Source: Eledone cirrhosa
Taxonomy: Eukaryota
Reading direction: 5' to 3'
Assembly: GCA_964016885.1 (NCBI GenBank)
Contig: OZ024743.1
Span: 377,518,001 to 377,582,000, forward strand
DNA length: 64,000 bases
The position numbers and the translations under genes are program-made. Each line of letters begins with the position of its first letter. Within the stretch, counting starts at the first letter, position 1. Positions 1 to 15,022 of this stretch are shown piece by piece. The notes below the pieces were generated by a model that searched no databases, was not told where the DNA came from, and saw only the letters and a list, made by a program, of their open reading frames with translations.

Positions 1-123
1 TTAATGACCACCCACACGAACGTAACTTCATTTTTTTTATTGGTTTAACCCATTAAACTGTTGAAGAACTGCATATTTGTTATAAACTGTTTGAATTTCT
101 TTTAATATATCTATAGGATACCT

Positions 124-213
<90 letters not shown>

Positions 214-404
214 ATGTTTAATATAGAAATGGCTTCTACAGGACTAGAACTGTATTATTCAAAAGAAATCACCAGGAAAGCCGATGTTGAATAATCAACA
301 TTTTCAAGCCCTACCAACTCACCCTTTCTTAGTGTCCGCTTTAGCTCTGCTTTTGTTTTGTTTTGTTTTTTGATTTTTGATTTTCGTTTCCTAACTTCAT
401 TATG

Positions 405-720
405 CGAGACGGGCACTATATATGTTTTGCTAATGTTGTTCTGATAGCAAAAACCAAACCCCACCTTCACGACACTCGTCTTTAGGCTTACCGGCCCAGA
501 AAAGTGTAGATCCTGATGATACTTCGGTCAAGTCATCTTCACCTGACATATGCAGTCTTTGAAGCTCCTTAGTTACAAATGAGGTTCTTCTTTCTGGTCG
601 GTTTCAAAAGTGTTCTAACATTCCAACAACAAAGGTTGAGCTTAACTCGCTCTTTTGCAATTAATTTAGCATCTTTTCTGCTCCTGCTGACATGAACCAC
701 CGTTAGCCGCTGGGAACTAA
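405..720 (-). mobile_element. Degraded 5' fragment of an RTE (BovB-like) LINE, AP-endonuclease N-terminus
   Basis: Minus-strand translation across frameshifts gives LNLCCWNVRTLL...RPERRTSFVTKEL...TLFWAGKPKDECREGG(V)GF. This resembles the WNVRTL / RPERRT / FFWSG..R..GVGF motifs of RTE APE domains. Confidence 0.65.
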
Positions 721-1509
721 CCAGTGCTGATCTGACAGGCAATGTTCAGTGCACCTTTTCTAGCACCTTCTCAAAACACTGGATGAGCAGTGTTTTCCCT
801 AACAAGACTGATCAAGCACAAGAACCTCCACCACAGGTAGACACAACAAAGATGTTAAGATAAAACCCTGTCGTCTATGTGCAGACTTGTAAGTGTGTGC
901 CTCTAACTGGTTAGGTCTGCACACATCACCACTCCGCCATTGCCATAGAACTTTTAACAGATAAAATAACAAATGAGAAGATCATGAAAAAGATAGTGAT
1001 AAAGGCTTGTACAATACCATTCTCTAAATCTCGGTAATTATTATCAGATGACAAGCCTAAGCAAAATGACCAATAATCACATAAACCGCAGGTTTCACTT
1101 CACAGTGTCCCTCTCCTAGAAGAATGCCGTAACAACGGCTAGGGGTCCTTCACTCCCAATGGACTTTCTTTTTCTCATCTGCAGACGCCACGCCTGTATA
1201 CATGAGCTGCAGTAGTTCATTGATTTAGTGATACTGACGATTGACCAAGGAGGTTCTTCCGCACAACATTAGGTCCATACATAGAATAGTGTATGTAGGA
1301 CAACATTCTCCAGTGTGTTTTGAGTGTGATTTCGCTGCTATTTCTAACATATCGCGTGACTATGGGGATGGGCTTCTTTATCGGCTCTAACAATTCTCCA
1401 AATAGTTCGATATCAATACCTAGCGGTCGATGGGATTACCCAGAAGATTGATTTAAATTCTGGGCCATAAGTCGTCATGTGTATAAGATATGAAAATACA
1501 TAAAATAAT

Positions 1510-1925
1510 GGTTTCTTATTTAGGCACGAGGCCAACAATATTGGGTGGGAGAGGAAAGTCGATTAAATCGACCCCAGTGTCTTACTGGTACTTTATTTTA
1601 TCGACCGCTGGAAGATGAAAGCCAAAGCTAACCTCGACGGGATTTGAACTCAGAGCGTAAAGAGTCGCAACATTATGCCACAAAGCATAGTCTGATGCTC
1701 TACCGACTCTGCCAATCCACCGCCCTAACAATAATAAAAATAATTGTTTCTACTTTTGGCACAAGGCCAGCAATTATATCAGTGTATTACTGGTACTTTA
1801 TTTTATCGACCCCGTAAGGATGAAAGGCAAAGTTAATCTCGGCGGGATTTGAACTCAAACCGTAAAGGGCCGTAATTCTATGCTGCAAAACATGGCGTCC
1901 GACCTTCTACCGATACTGCCAATCC
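1510..1925 (-). mobile_element. Two tandem tRNA-derived SINE copies with a Nin/Deu-like central domain
   Basis: The minus strand starts with a tRNA-like head (TGGCAGAGTCGG box A; GAGTTCAAATCC box B), followed by GCCTTTCATCCTT..GGGGTCGATAAAATAAAGTACCAG. Related copies lie at ~29400-29990, 31305-31660, 31930-32030 and 34495-34590. Confidence 0.7.
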
Positions 1926-2102
1926 AATAATTGTAATAATTTCTTTATTTCACAAAGATTCTGTTGGTTTGGGGACATTGCATGGATAAAATACAAAATC
2001 AGTAATGTCCTCTCATAATATTGACCTAAAAGTGAACCAGTAAAAAAAGGAAAGAAAAAAACGACACAAATTAATAAGAATAATACATATATATATTTAT
2101 TT

Positions 2103-2970
<868 letters not shown>

Positions 2971-3006
2971 AAATCTTTTGATGTTGTAGACGCTCTTGTG
3001 TTCTTT

Positions 3007-3040
<34 letters not shown>

Positions 3041-3043
<3 letters not shown>

Positions 3044-3195
3044 CGTTTCTGAATTTGTTTAGCACTTTGACAATATATGAGCAATCGTCTGGTTGTGGAA
3101 CCAACCAACCAACCGGAAATTTATAAATTTAATTTATAATAAATTGAAGTGAAAGCAACTGGTGCGTGTGTTTCTTATTGGCAACATGACCCTCC
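3041..3195 (+). repeat. Short 3'-terminal piece of the PLE family at 15571-18340, with an inverted tail
   Basis: 3065-3195 matches 18121-18270. 3043-3064 is the reverse complement of the tail at 18317-18338. Flanked by (TA)n. Confidence 0.75.
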
Positions 3196-3630
3196 CATAT
3201 ATATATACATTAAAATATATATATATTATACAAAACACTGTGTCATCCACAACACTGGCGCAGAACAAAATACCCGTTGATAACGTGATATTCCTCGTTC
3301 GATCATTACACCAAAAGCTTATTGTTTTAAGCAGACAGTATTATTGTTTTAGATGTCGCAGAAACCCTGTACTGGATTATACCATCAATTCCAAGGGTCC
3401 GAGTGAATATGTCATTTATTATGGCTGACCCGTTTAGCTTGACTCCTTTTTTTGGCTCGGGTGGTTAATGGCTTCTTAGCCGCCTTCTCAGTTTTGTATG
3501 GCCTTTATAACCTATGTTTATTGCTCTGGTCTCTTTAGCCCATGGAGCGCTTGCCAGCATGACTCGGAATTTGCGTTGCGTTTCGCTTTTTCTACCCGCC
3601 GAAATGCGATTATCGCTGAATTTATATATA

Positions 3631-4761
3631 CTAGCTGACGTACCCAGCTTCGCCTGGGTAAATAGATGATAAGAGAAGACAGGTAAAAGAGAAAATGACT
3701 GTATTGGATGTTTGTCTGGTTACAGTATGAGGCGAGTCCGTGGTGTCTGTGTGATACAGAAAACAGTAAATTAAATGTTCCAGATATACCAGATTCTTCA
3801 TTGTACCATTTGTGCATAGTGTATGAACAATTCTAGGTGCTCCCACCTAGAATAGTGACCTCTAGGAGATGGTTCATCTTCTGCCTGACTGTAAAACGTG
3901 TATCATTGCATAGACGTGGTTGTTCCGCGTTTCTCAAAAGGATGATGGAAGTTCCAGTCTTTTATATTATATGTAGATATAGATATAGATAATTAATATA
4001 AAAGATGATGCTCAGCCAGTTCGTCTTCAACCATCGCAGCACGCCATCGCTGCTTGGCTCCAGTGTTTCGTTGGCGTTGTTCAGCTAGCTCCTCTTCATT
4101 CATGGCGGCACGTCTTCGCCTCTGAAGTTCGGCGTTCCGATGGCGCTGTTCGGCCCGTTTTTCTTCATTCCTGGCTGCACGCCGTCGCCGCTGTAGTTCA
4201 CTGTTTGATAAAGTCGAATTGCTTTTATTATCAGTATTGATTTCGAGCAATTGTCAAAAAATGACACAATAATAAATATAAAAGATGTCCGTCAATGTAA
4301 AAAAAGGTCCCTATTTACTCCCTTCACAACTCTGTGTATGTTAGACTGACAGACAGGCACACAGACAGATAAACTGCGTGGCGATTGTGGAACGCCCCAC
4401 GTACACACACATACACGCATGGAAACGCGCACACGCACGCAAACTTACACACGCACCCGTGCACTTACACACACTTACACACTCACACATGTTGATAGTT
4501 TTTACTTTCTGGGGAACGCTGCACGCACGCGCACACACATAAACATACGCGCACGTACATACACGCACACATGGTAATAATTACAGCATTCACTTTGCCT
4601 CTCTGTTTCTTACTCTCCCCTCTCACTCCCTCATTGGCATTATGCGTATTAATTTAAGTTGGCGACGTTGAGGTGGACGGAGTCGTTTGAAACCTATGAA
4701 CCAATGATAATCGAGAATTATGACACACGGAATACTGACGTTGTTGAAATTAATATATAGA
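3631..4761 (-). mobile_element. Internally deleted non-autonomous Helitron
   Basis: Minus-strand 5' TC at 4761 and 3' CTAG at 3634-3631, preceded by the hairpin TACCCAGGC-GAA-GCTGGGTA. Inserted between A and T with no TSD. Internal remnants: PIF1-like helicase (GTSIILLRNAEQPRLCNDTRFTV, ~3850-3957; C-terminal GTMKNLVY) and an R/E-rich repeated N-terminal segment (ORF 3993-4250). Confidence 0.85.
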
Positions 4762-4777
4762 TATTAATATATATATA

Positions 4778-4863
4778 CAGGGTGTCCTCAAAATTGTATA
4801 CATACTTTTATTAGAATGCTGTTGAAGCGTGTATACATTTTTTTTGGGGGGGGGGACACCATG
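4778..4863. mobile_element. Tc1/mariner-type MITE (~90 bp)
   Basis: Imperfect TIRs CAGGGTGTCC...GGACACCATG flanked by TA. A related copy lies at 13854-13954. Confidence 0.6.
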
Positions 4864-4984
4864 TATATAGAAATTGGAGTAATTAAGGGAGATAACTATC
4901 CAGCTGGTAATGGTAGTTAAGGAATAGGGGGTGGGTCAGCAACAGCTGGAGATAAAAGACTGTAGTATCATCATCATCATGATC

Positions 4985-5027
<43 letters not shown>

Positions 5028-5142
5028 TCCATGGTGATGTGGAAAGAAGGAGATGAATGGATGTCGTTTTTAGTCCCAATATCTGTCCCAGAATAATCAC
5101 CATAGTTACCGTACTACTGATCAACTCTGTCAAGTCATTTAT

Positions 5143-5530
5143 ATGATGTCACCACTACCATTACCACCACCACCGTCATCGTCGTCGTCGTCACCACCGC
5201 CGCCGCTCTCACCACCGCCACCATCACCACTGCCGACGACGACGACATCACCATCATCACCACTGCCACCGCTGCCGCCACCGGCCCCACCACCACCACT
5301 GCCGATGCCACCACCACCATCACCACTGCCGACGACGCCACCACCACCACTACTGCCGCCACCGGCCCCACCACCACCACTGCCGACGCCACCACCACCA
5401 TCACCACTGCCGACGACGCCACCACCATCACCACTTCCGACGCCGCCACCGGCCCCACCACCACCACTGCCGACGTCACCCCCACCACCACCACTACTGC
5501 CGACGACGCCACCACCACCACCGGCAGTCC
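5143..5530. repeat. GC-rich (CCA/CCG)n minisatellite with ~72-87 bp higher-order units
   Basis: CCGGC(CCCAC) recurs at 5281, 5362, 5449 and 5521. The poly-Pro/Gly/Val ORFs arise from triplet periodicity. Confidence 0.75.
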
Positions 5531-5967
5531 AGCCTTCATTATGTGTGTCGATATAATTAAATAAGGAGGGGCGGAGATAGGAACGGGGGTGCGGAGTGGT
5601 AATTCTAATTAAATGATGGAATTCCTTCAGAATGTAGAAATATATTAGAATTGGTTCAATAACTAGTATCGATTTCAATAATCAATATGTTAAATATAAA
5701 TTGTTTGGGTGATTCCATCCATAACTTGTATTATTAAGTAGAGAAAAATTTACCAGGTTTGTTTAACTTAATTAGTCGCATGTATGCACAGTCCTAGCAT
5801 TTTATGACCTAGCAGAGTCCATTCCTCACCATGTCTGAGTACCGCTGATTTCTTCCGCTGATATATGTAGAACAATATAACTATGCATATATCAGATAAG
5901 TAGCACTCAACATTTGGTAGAACTGGAGTATATATTAAAGAATAAATTAAAAGATGGTTAAAGAAGT

Positions 5968-6056
5968 TCCATATTATGCGCATTTCGAAAACAACATCAT
6001 CCTGGGACAAAAATTATGTTCTCATCAGATAAAATAAGGCAACATGATAGGAGGCC
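5968..6056 (-). ncRNA. Type I hammerhead ribozyme motif
   Basis: Minus strand reads TTTTAT-CTGATGA-GAACAT...ATGTTGTTTTC-GAAA-TGCGCA-TA-ATATGG, with a palindromic stem III. Confidence 0.55.
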
Positions 6057-6115
6057 TTAAAACACTTGTCAACAGGAATGTAGGCTTTGCACTATACATA
6101 TATACATATATATAT

Positions 6116-7620
6116 AGGTTTTGCTGATCAGGGATTTTATGGTGGTTCCTGGCTTTTCTACCACCTTAATTTTTAAGTGGGTCTTTCTCAGGGCCTTTCT
6201 ACACTGGTTAGCTAATTTCCCTCCAGGGGTAGCGTCCACAAACATGACACTCTGGTTGTCGTACCATGAGGTGGCTTTCCCTATCTTATGTCTAGCCCTA
6301 TCTAAGCTATTCCATGATTTGCTCCTGTATAATGGGCAAATTCCTTTCATGTCCAGTTCTATGAGGGTCTTATACTTCTCCATGGCTCCTTCGTATACTC
6401 TGACTCTGTCTCTTTGGTTGTAGCCAGAGAACTGCATGCGGTTGATGAAGTGTTGGATGTGTCTTTCCATTTCTGTTGGGTCGCACATGCGGGACACATT
6501 CTTCATCACTCGTACCAAATCTGCGATCAGAATATTAAACTTAGCACCACTGGACATTGCTGAGTTTTTGAGTATCAGGTATTTGGAGGCCATGGGTTTA
6601 GCATAGTGTGAGTGGAGAATTTGGGCTCTCTCGTCTATAGTGTTAATCCAGAGTTCTGTGTCTAATACAGGTAGTCTATTGTTAGGGTGTTTGGAAGGGA
6701 AGTCGATAGTTACAGTTATACTCTGGTGTATGGAATTAGCTATCTGCTGGATGCTTTCCATCGTGCTACGTTCTAAATCAAACTTGTTAGTGCTCTCTAG
6801 TGGGGATGTTCTTATAACTATATTGATGTCGTCTACATAACGAGAGTACATGATGAGGTCTATGGAGCTCTCATTAAGGAGATCTTTAAGTCTCCTTTCC
6901 CACCATACCATGAAAAGGTTGGCAACATCACCAGCTATGCTGACGCCAATGGCTGCTCCCTCATTTTGGGTGTAGATCTTCTCGTTGAACTTAAATATGT
7001 GGCCCTTTAGGGTAGTTTTGATACTAGCCCCTATTGCATGTGCGACTATTTTTCTTACCTGATCATTGTTTGGGAATCCGTATAGCTTTGGTCCACCCAA
7101 TCCACCTTCCCATGGGAGTCTTTTTTGCCATTGAGGTTATGGTGGGGGGTCTACCTCTTATAGGTCTACTAGAGCAGAAACATCTAAGGTCATGGCTGTC
7201 TAGGTAGTCAGTGTCGTAGGTAAGTCTAAGTAGGAGGCCCAGTTCGTCTGTGTCGACGTCGCAGAACTCCACCTCACTCTCAATGATAATCTCCACACAT
7301 CTTTTCACAGCAAAATCAATGTTAATGGATGGGTACAGTGACACCACATCCATGCTGCCTATTATGCAGTTGGATAGGTTCCTGTTTTTGTTGCACTCAC
7401 TGATTCTGCTGAGGAGGTCCTCTGTACTGTCACATACATCTGGGGACATCTTGATTATGGGGCGTATAACCATTGAGAGGAAGTAGGAGATCCTGTAGTT
7501 ACTAGCTATATTAGCTCCGCATACGGGTCTTGTTGGTGGTCCTGTTGTCGGGTCGTCGACTGTCTTGTGGTCTTTGCGGAGCCCATACAAGGGTGGTATG
7601 CCATTGTTAGACGCCTGGAA
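6116..7620 (-). mobile_element. Penelope-like element RT fragment (frameshifted, both ends truncated)
   Basis: RT motifs LYGLRKDHK, SMDVVSLYPSI, GAAIG..ANLFM, YSRYVDD and LPVLD in ORFs 7063-7590 and 6069-7100. Confidence 0.85.
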
Positions 7621-7921
7621 GTATATATAGTGAAAACTTGGACGGGAACAAAAACAGAGAGGCAGTACAAATAAAAGTTTATTGGGTTCGCGCTCTTGAG
7701 AGTGGGGGTATATATATATATATATATCATAATTGAATATAAAAGAGAGATAAACACAGACATATACATATATGTGTTCAAATCGTAAGGGACCAGGTTC
7801 GCTAAGGTGAAAAAAATACTAATGGCTCGGAAAAATCTCTTTCCTTGATCTATTTTATTGTAAGAGACTATTTTGAGTTTCTAACTCAATATATACCTTT
7901 GATATATATATATATATATAA

Positions 7922-8126
7922 AAGTAGAACACTGGACGGTAATATCCATAGTAGTAGAGCACTCAGTCTATGGGACGAGTTTGGTAGAAGTAGTAACACA
8001 ACAGTTAGTTGACCATACCGAGAACAATTGTTTCACCTTCGCGGATCTTCTTGGTCCGAGCTGAAGATCTGCAAGGTGAAACATTTGTTCTCGGTATGGT
8101 CAACTAACTGTTGTGTTACTACTTCT
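7922..8126. mobile_element. Foldback mini-element made of a PLE 3' terminus, with hammerhead ribozyme
   Basis: ~65-bp inverted arms (7986-8050 / 8062-8126). Plus-strand hammerhead CCGAG-CTGAAGA-TCTGCAAGGT-GAAAC-ATTT-GTT-CTCGG. One arm carries an extra ~65-nt tail (7922-7985). Flanked by (TA)n. Confidence 0.75.
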
Positions 8127-8169
8127 ATATACATACATATATATATATATATAGCGAGAGAGAGAGAGA

Positions 8170-8260
<91 letters not shown>

Positions 8261-8820
8261 GTAGAAACACAACAGTTAGTTCACCATACCGAGAACAGTT
8301 GTTTCACCTTAGCGGATCTTCAGCTCGGACTGGTTATGGTTAAACGGAACAGAAAGAACAACCGTATGAATGCGCATGCGCAGAAACGGTCACTTCACCC
8401 AAGCAACACAAAGCCACCGGGGAAAGGTGTAAGGGAGATAACTGCGAAAGTCCGGAAAAGATGTTCGAGTTGATTAGAAAATTAGAATGTTGTTATTCAA
8501 TCCGGAGCTTTGTAGTTATGCAAGAAGTCTTTCCAGACATGTGGACAGCGTGAGAAGATTTCGTTCTTAAATTTAGGCAATCGCTATTGCGTAATCTCCT
8601 TAGAATATTTATCCTTTCTTCAATACACAGTCCACAAGACGGATTGCCCCTTGCGTATGGCTTGGACTTAGTGATGGCTTTCCATTGAATGGAGTAGTCT
8701 ATACCAGAGTCGTTGAGGGACCATACGTGGCTCGTGAGTTTCGTGGACGATCGTTTGTCTGGGTACCTAAAGGTCGGCTGATGGTTCAGGAAGCGTTCCT
8801 TAAATCGGCCCTCCATCCTG
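8261..8820 (-). mobile_element. PLE 3' end: GIY-YIG C-terminal part, 3' UTR and hammerhead
   Basis: ORF 8493-8816 reads FKERFLNH...TKLTSHVW.L...IQW...CGLCIEERI.I...LNLR. Hammerhead CCGAG-CTGAAGA-TCCGCTAAGGT-GAAAC-AACT-GTT-CTCGG at 8289-8328 (-). Confidence 0.8.
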
Positions 8821-8869
8821 AAGCTGTGGTCACTTCCAAATCAACCACAGGGGTCAATACAACCATAAA

Positions 8870-10725
8870 AGACATCCAAACTTCAACAACCACCACAACT
8901 TCCGTAGTCATTTTTTAGACATAGCACACAGACACAGGGTAACGAGATAACACAAAACACACAGGAGACACCAAATGTAATAAAAATCGTTAATGTAACC
9001 CCTAAAGAATTAACAACAGACTAAATCAACATACTCTCCAAAGGTCTGAAATTTACACCAACTCTCCAACGACCAAACTACCCCGAAATGAAGGAAGACA
9101 TTGCAGAATTCTGTAGAAAACTATGACTCAGCGAACAACTACACGACAAATACAATGAGGATGACTCAATAGCCAGAAATAGAAGCAACTACACCCCACC
9201 AAAAGGCAAGAACAAATTCCTCGATCAATTCTGCGAACACATTACTAATTACCCATAACACCACCTACACAGACATAAACAAAAACCAAACCTAAGCAAA
9301 AAAGAATGGAATGGTCTTAGTCTAAAGAACGACAAAACCCTAACAATCAAAGAGGCGGCTAAAGGGCGTCCTTATGAAGACAGATTACTACACGACCCTA
9401 GTACTCTCAAGTCTAGAAAACCAAACATATTACGAAAAGGCCCAACACTACACACAACAGAAAATAATGTGAAACCTAAAATCCCTATCAACCCTTTACA
9501 GAGAAGGCCTTACCAATAAGGAATACAACTACATCACCAATTTCAAAAGCAGAACCAGCCTTTTCTACGGTATCCCAAAGATACACAAAAGCGAAGTAAT
9601 AGGCAGGGTCTGCAAGGAAGACATTTACATCAATATCCCTCCTCCTGATGACCTCAAATTAAGACCCATAATAGTAGGTACCGCATGTGAAACCCACCGC
9701 CTAAGCAACCTCCTAGGTATTCTGCTTAAACCTTTCCTAAAACACATAAAAAGCGTCATAACGAACGACCCTGACATACTCAACCACCTCCCAACAACAC
9801 TTAATAATGAACATACCCTACTAGTAACCTTTGATGTCGTCAATCTGTATTCCAATATCCCACACAACCTAGGTATAGAGGCAATACAATTCTGGCTTGA
9901 AATTTTCCCTAATGAACTTCCACAGCGCATCCCTAAAGAATGTGTGATGGAGGGCCTCAAATTCATCTTGGAAAATAACTTCTTCGAATTCGATGCCAAA
10001 TACTACAGACAGAAATCTGGGACTGCCATGAGCACGAAAGTAGCCCCCTCATACGCCAACCTTGTCATGGGATATTTGGAAACCACTCTCTACCGCAAAG
10101 TTCTAGACAAATACGGTAACCACTTCTACCTACACATAGAAAAAAAACTGGAAGAGATATCTGGACGACTGCTTCATCCTCTGGCATGAAAGTATAGAAA
10201 GACTGATTGAGTTTAAAACCCTTCTAAATGGACTCAACACAAACTTACAATTTACAATGGATTATAACCATGAACAACTCCCTTTCCTCGACATCCTCAT
10301 CAAGAAAACAAACAACAAAATAGAAACAGACATATACTACAAACCCACAGACTCCAAACAATACCTTCCATTTAACTCGTGCCACCCTCGCCATACCAAA
10401 ATGGCAATTCCTTATAACCTAGCCAGAAGGTTCTGCACAATAGTTTCAGATAAATACACATGCTACACGCGACTAGAAGAATTAAAGAACACACTTATCA
10501 GCAGAAACTACCCACCATCCCTAATCAACAATGGATTCCAACGTGCCCTAAAACTCAACATCCAGGAAATCAGACACCCCAAATCCAGGAATGAACCGAA
10601 AGAGAAAACTCTACCATACATCTCCACACACAACCCCCTCAACAATGAGGTATTCGACACCATCCTCCAGAACATTCCTTTACTAAAAAGAGACCCAAGA
10701 ATGAATAAAATCCTCCAATACGTCA
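8870..10725 (+). mobile_element. Degraded Penelope-like element RT region
   Basis: LSKGLKFTPT, FYGIPKIHK, LVTFDVVNLYSNIPH, QKSGTAMSTKVAPSYANL, WKRYLDDCF, LPFLD and YKPTDSKQYL..SCHP, across several frameshifts and stops. Confidence 0.85.
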
Positions 10726-10821
10726 ATACTCATCTTTTTCCATTTCCTCTATCAGGCTAAAATTACTTTAGTAAAAAATACGTCGAAAGCTTATATGTGT
10801 GTGTGTGGAGGGGGGGGGGGG

Positions 10822-11012
10822 TATCCCGGGTTCAATCGGAGGTAACCACAGTAAGTAAGGTACTCAATACATAGCAGAGTATAAATATTTAATATAGAAA
10901 TGTCTTCTATAGGACTAGAACTGCTTCATTCGGAGGAAATCATCAGGAAAGCCTTTCTGTTGTTTTCCTCCGAGTGAAACAGTTCTAGTCCTGTAGAAGC
11001 CATTTCTATAAT
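10822..11012. mobile_element. Foldback mini-element with hammerhead-like core (AGGACTAGAACTG family)
   Basis: Inverted arms around 10895-11010. The composite reading GGCTTTC-CTGATGA-TTTC.GAAT-GAAA-CAG..CTG-TA-GAAGCC fits a type I hammerhead. Relatives at 220-290, 32325-32460, 33997-34060 and 57590-57755. Confidence 0.65.
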
Positions 11013-11134
11013 ATATATATATATAAGCTTTCATGTGCGTGTGTGTGTGCGTACACATACGCACACACACACATATCTATAAATAGCCCCAGCATGGTCA
11101 TAGTCTAACGACTAAGAATATATATATATATATA

Positions 11135-12130
<996 letters not shown>

Positions 12131-12473
12131 TTTCACGGCAATTAGAATCGCTCGGCTCTATAAACGTGGAAACAATTCAAATCCTGGTGTAAGGGAAGAT
12201 ACTCTTACTTTATTAATCTCTGACCGTCGCCCTTGGAATGCTGTAAAAATTCGGTGTTAACTAATTTTATCTTTTTGGAATTGGTAAGATATAGAACCAG
12301 TCATGTACTGAGGGTGATTTAATGAACTGTTCTCTTCCACCACTAGCCTCCATAATTGCTGGCATTGTGCCAAAAAGTAGAAACCATTAAATTAAATAAA
12401 GATCTCTCTCTCACCTACACATATGTATATATGTGTATGACTCTGTATATATATATATATGTGTATGACTCTG

Positions 12474-12555
<82 letters not shown>

Positions 12556-12878
12556 CACTATCAAAATTTCAAAAATTGAAGTTATAAGTATTTTACCTGA
12601 GTAATTATTACCTGGGGTTAACTATAGTAACAAAGGTATGCTTTGAAGTTCCATCACTTCCAACGACGAGTGCATATATATAACCTGATTAGTTCTTTCG
12701 TTACTTTGGTATTGTATGGTTGTGTTTTGCCTACCGCAATGTTCAATTTGTCAAGCTATTTAAACGTATGTTATTACTCTAAGGACCTGCCCTTATTGAG
12801 TGCTTTGCTAACTCATTCCTATTGTAGGTCGTCTTTGCTTGCCCATAGCCAAAGCTTCGATTTTACTAAGCTTCCACT

Positions 12879-12957
<79 letters not shown>

Positions 12958-12968
12958 CAGAGCACCAA

Positions 12969-13084
<116 letters not shown>

Positions 13085-13229
13085 CACGGGTGTGTATGAT
13101 TGTGTATAGAAGATTATATAATAAAAGGAATTCCAAGTCTGATTTACTCGTTTTATTTACAATCCTTTAAAATTTATAATTGTATTAGAATGAAATAGTA
13201 TGGTAGAATATTAAATGTTAAGTATTAAT

Positions 13230-13268
13230 TGAACAAGTACTTTCATGCTTTCGCAATCTTCAGGTTTA
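13230..13268 (-). ncRNA. Minimal type I hammerhead ribozyme motif
   Basis: Minus strand reads AAAC-CTGAAGA-TTGC-GAAA-GCAT-GAAA-GTAC-TT-GTTC, with a palindromic GTAC stem III loop. Confidence 0.6.
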
Positions 13269-13453
13269 TATTCTGTGGTGGCAGTCAAGTTTGCAATTTT
13301 CAACGGCAGGCAGGGGGAGATAAGTTATCTCCCCCTGCCTGCCGAAAATTTAAGTAAGCGACAATGTTGCTACTTTAAAACAATAGCGTATGGTCTCCAA
13401 AATGCTTTTAATTAAGCATACAGTGTATTGCAAAATACACTATATATACATTC

Positions 13454-13510
<57 letters not shown>

Positions 13511-13600
13511 GTGCAAAAGGCAAACAGAAACAAGAAAGCAAACGACACAGTACAATAAAGAATATATTATTAGTTTTACGTTGATATAGTAGGAAAAGTG

Positions 13601-13636
13601 TCTTAACGTTTCGGACGCTAGTCCTTCATCAGAAAA
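13601..13636 (-). ncRNA. Minimal type I hammerhead ribozyme motif
   Basis: Minus strand reads TTTT-CTGATGA-AGGAC-TAGC-GTCC-GAAACGTT-AAGA. Confidence 0.6.
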
Positions 13637-13768
13637 TAGAATGATGAGCAATATCAGACGTTTCTGTTAGAGTCGTCTAACTTCGCGAAACCTTGGGTAA
13701 TGGAATAATTATATTGTGTTGTTTATTACATAATTAGATTTTATATATCTATATCTATATCTATATAT

Positions 13769-13799
<31 letters not shown>

Positions 13800-14174
13800 T
13801 ATATATATACTTATTTATTTATTTATATTTATATATATATATCATTCTATATACGGGGTATCCCCCAAAAATGTATACACACTTTGATTACTTGTATAGG
13901 CAATATTTATTAGAATGTTGTTGAAGTGAGTATACATTTTAGGGGGACACCCTATTTATATAAACTTAAGAAAATTAAAAAAGGGAGGACAAGACAACGA
14001 ACGAAAACAAGGCAAAAAGAAAAATAATTTCTTTAAAGGGAGACCTTAAAAATTATTTTTTGAAAAATAAACGAAGCACTTAGCACTCCAGGGTCATCGG
14101 CCGTTGAGGTGAACTTTGCCAGTTTCGACCTCCTACCAACGGTACTGCTGGTCCACCCGGGGTCAAAGCGGCTG

Positions 14175-14247
<73 letters not shown>

Positions 14248-14746
14248 GGTATGGAATTTTTTTTCTCTCTCTCTCTTTCGTCTGCGACTTCACAAAACTT
14301 ATGTTTACCGAATTCGTAGACCAGACCCCTTCTCCTTCTTCTTCTTCTTCTTCTTCTTCTTCTTCTTCTTCTTCTTCTTCTTCTTCTTCTTCTTCTTCTT
14401 CTTTTTCTTCCCCCCGTTAGACCTGTGCGAAATTCCTTCCTTGCTCACATTTCAACCAGGTTTGATGGTCTTTTGTCTCTTGTTCACGATTTCACCGAGT
14501 TTATATTCATAGAGATCTCTGGACTTGTCTATTTCTTTTGACTTTCCGTTGCTTAAACCATTTTGTTTGTTACCCTAACGTCCCCTTTATTTACGTGTCC
14601 CAACGACTTTTTTTAGCCGTTGTTCGCACCAACCTGAGGCATATGGCCCTTAAAGCGATGAAATGCCTGGGACGGTTGGAGGGTCACTGATGAAGGACTC
14701 ACTTTTTCATATGCACCACCATTTGCAACGCGCAGCCATCATTATT

Positions 14747-14825
<79 letters not shown>

Positions 14826-14947
14826 GGTAAACATTGATGCAATTCAATGCAAGCACTCAACATACTTTTTCCACACAGGTATGACGGAGTATATTTAGAA
14901 TAAGGAAATGCGAAGTAGTTTCAGATGTTAAAGTCCTTTATTGATAA

Positions 14948-15022
14948 GACTCTGATACATATTTCAATGACGACACTGGTCGCGGGATTCCGGCTGACCA
15001 GTGCCATGATCTCGTCAGACAG
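14948..15022 (-). ncRNA. Hammerhead ribozyme motif with long stem II
   Basis: Minus strand reads GCTGT-CTGACGA-GATCATGGCACTGGTC...GACCAGTGTCGTCATT-GAAA-TATGTA-TC-AGAGT. Confidence 0.55.

Noticed and set aside
505-545. CTGATGA hammerhead-like word (also at 14687, 30301 and 34834)
   Set aside because: No convincing stem II, GAAA and stem I arrangement.
5135-5678. Extensin/formin-like poly-Pro ORF and antisense Gly-rich ORF
   Set aside because: Open on both strands because of triplet repeats. No unique domain or convincing splice context.
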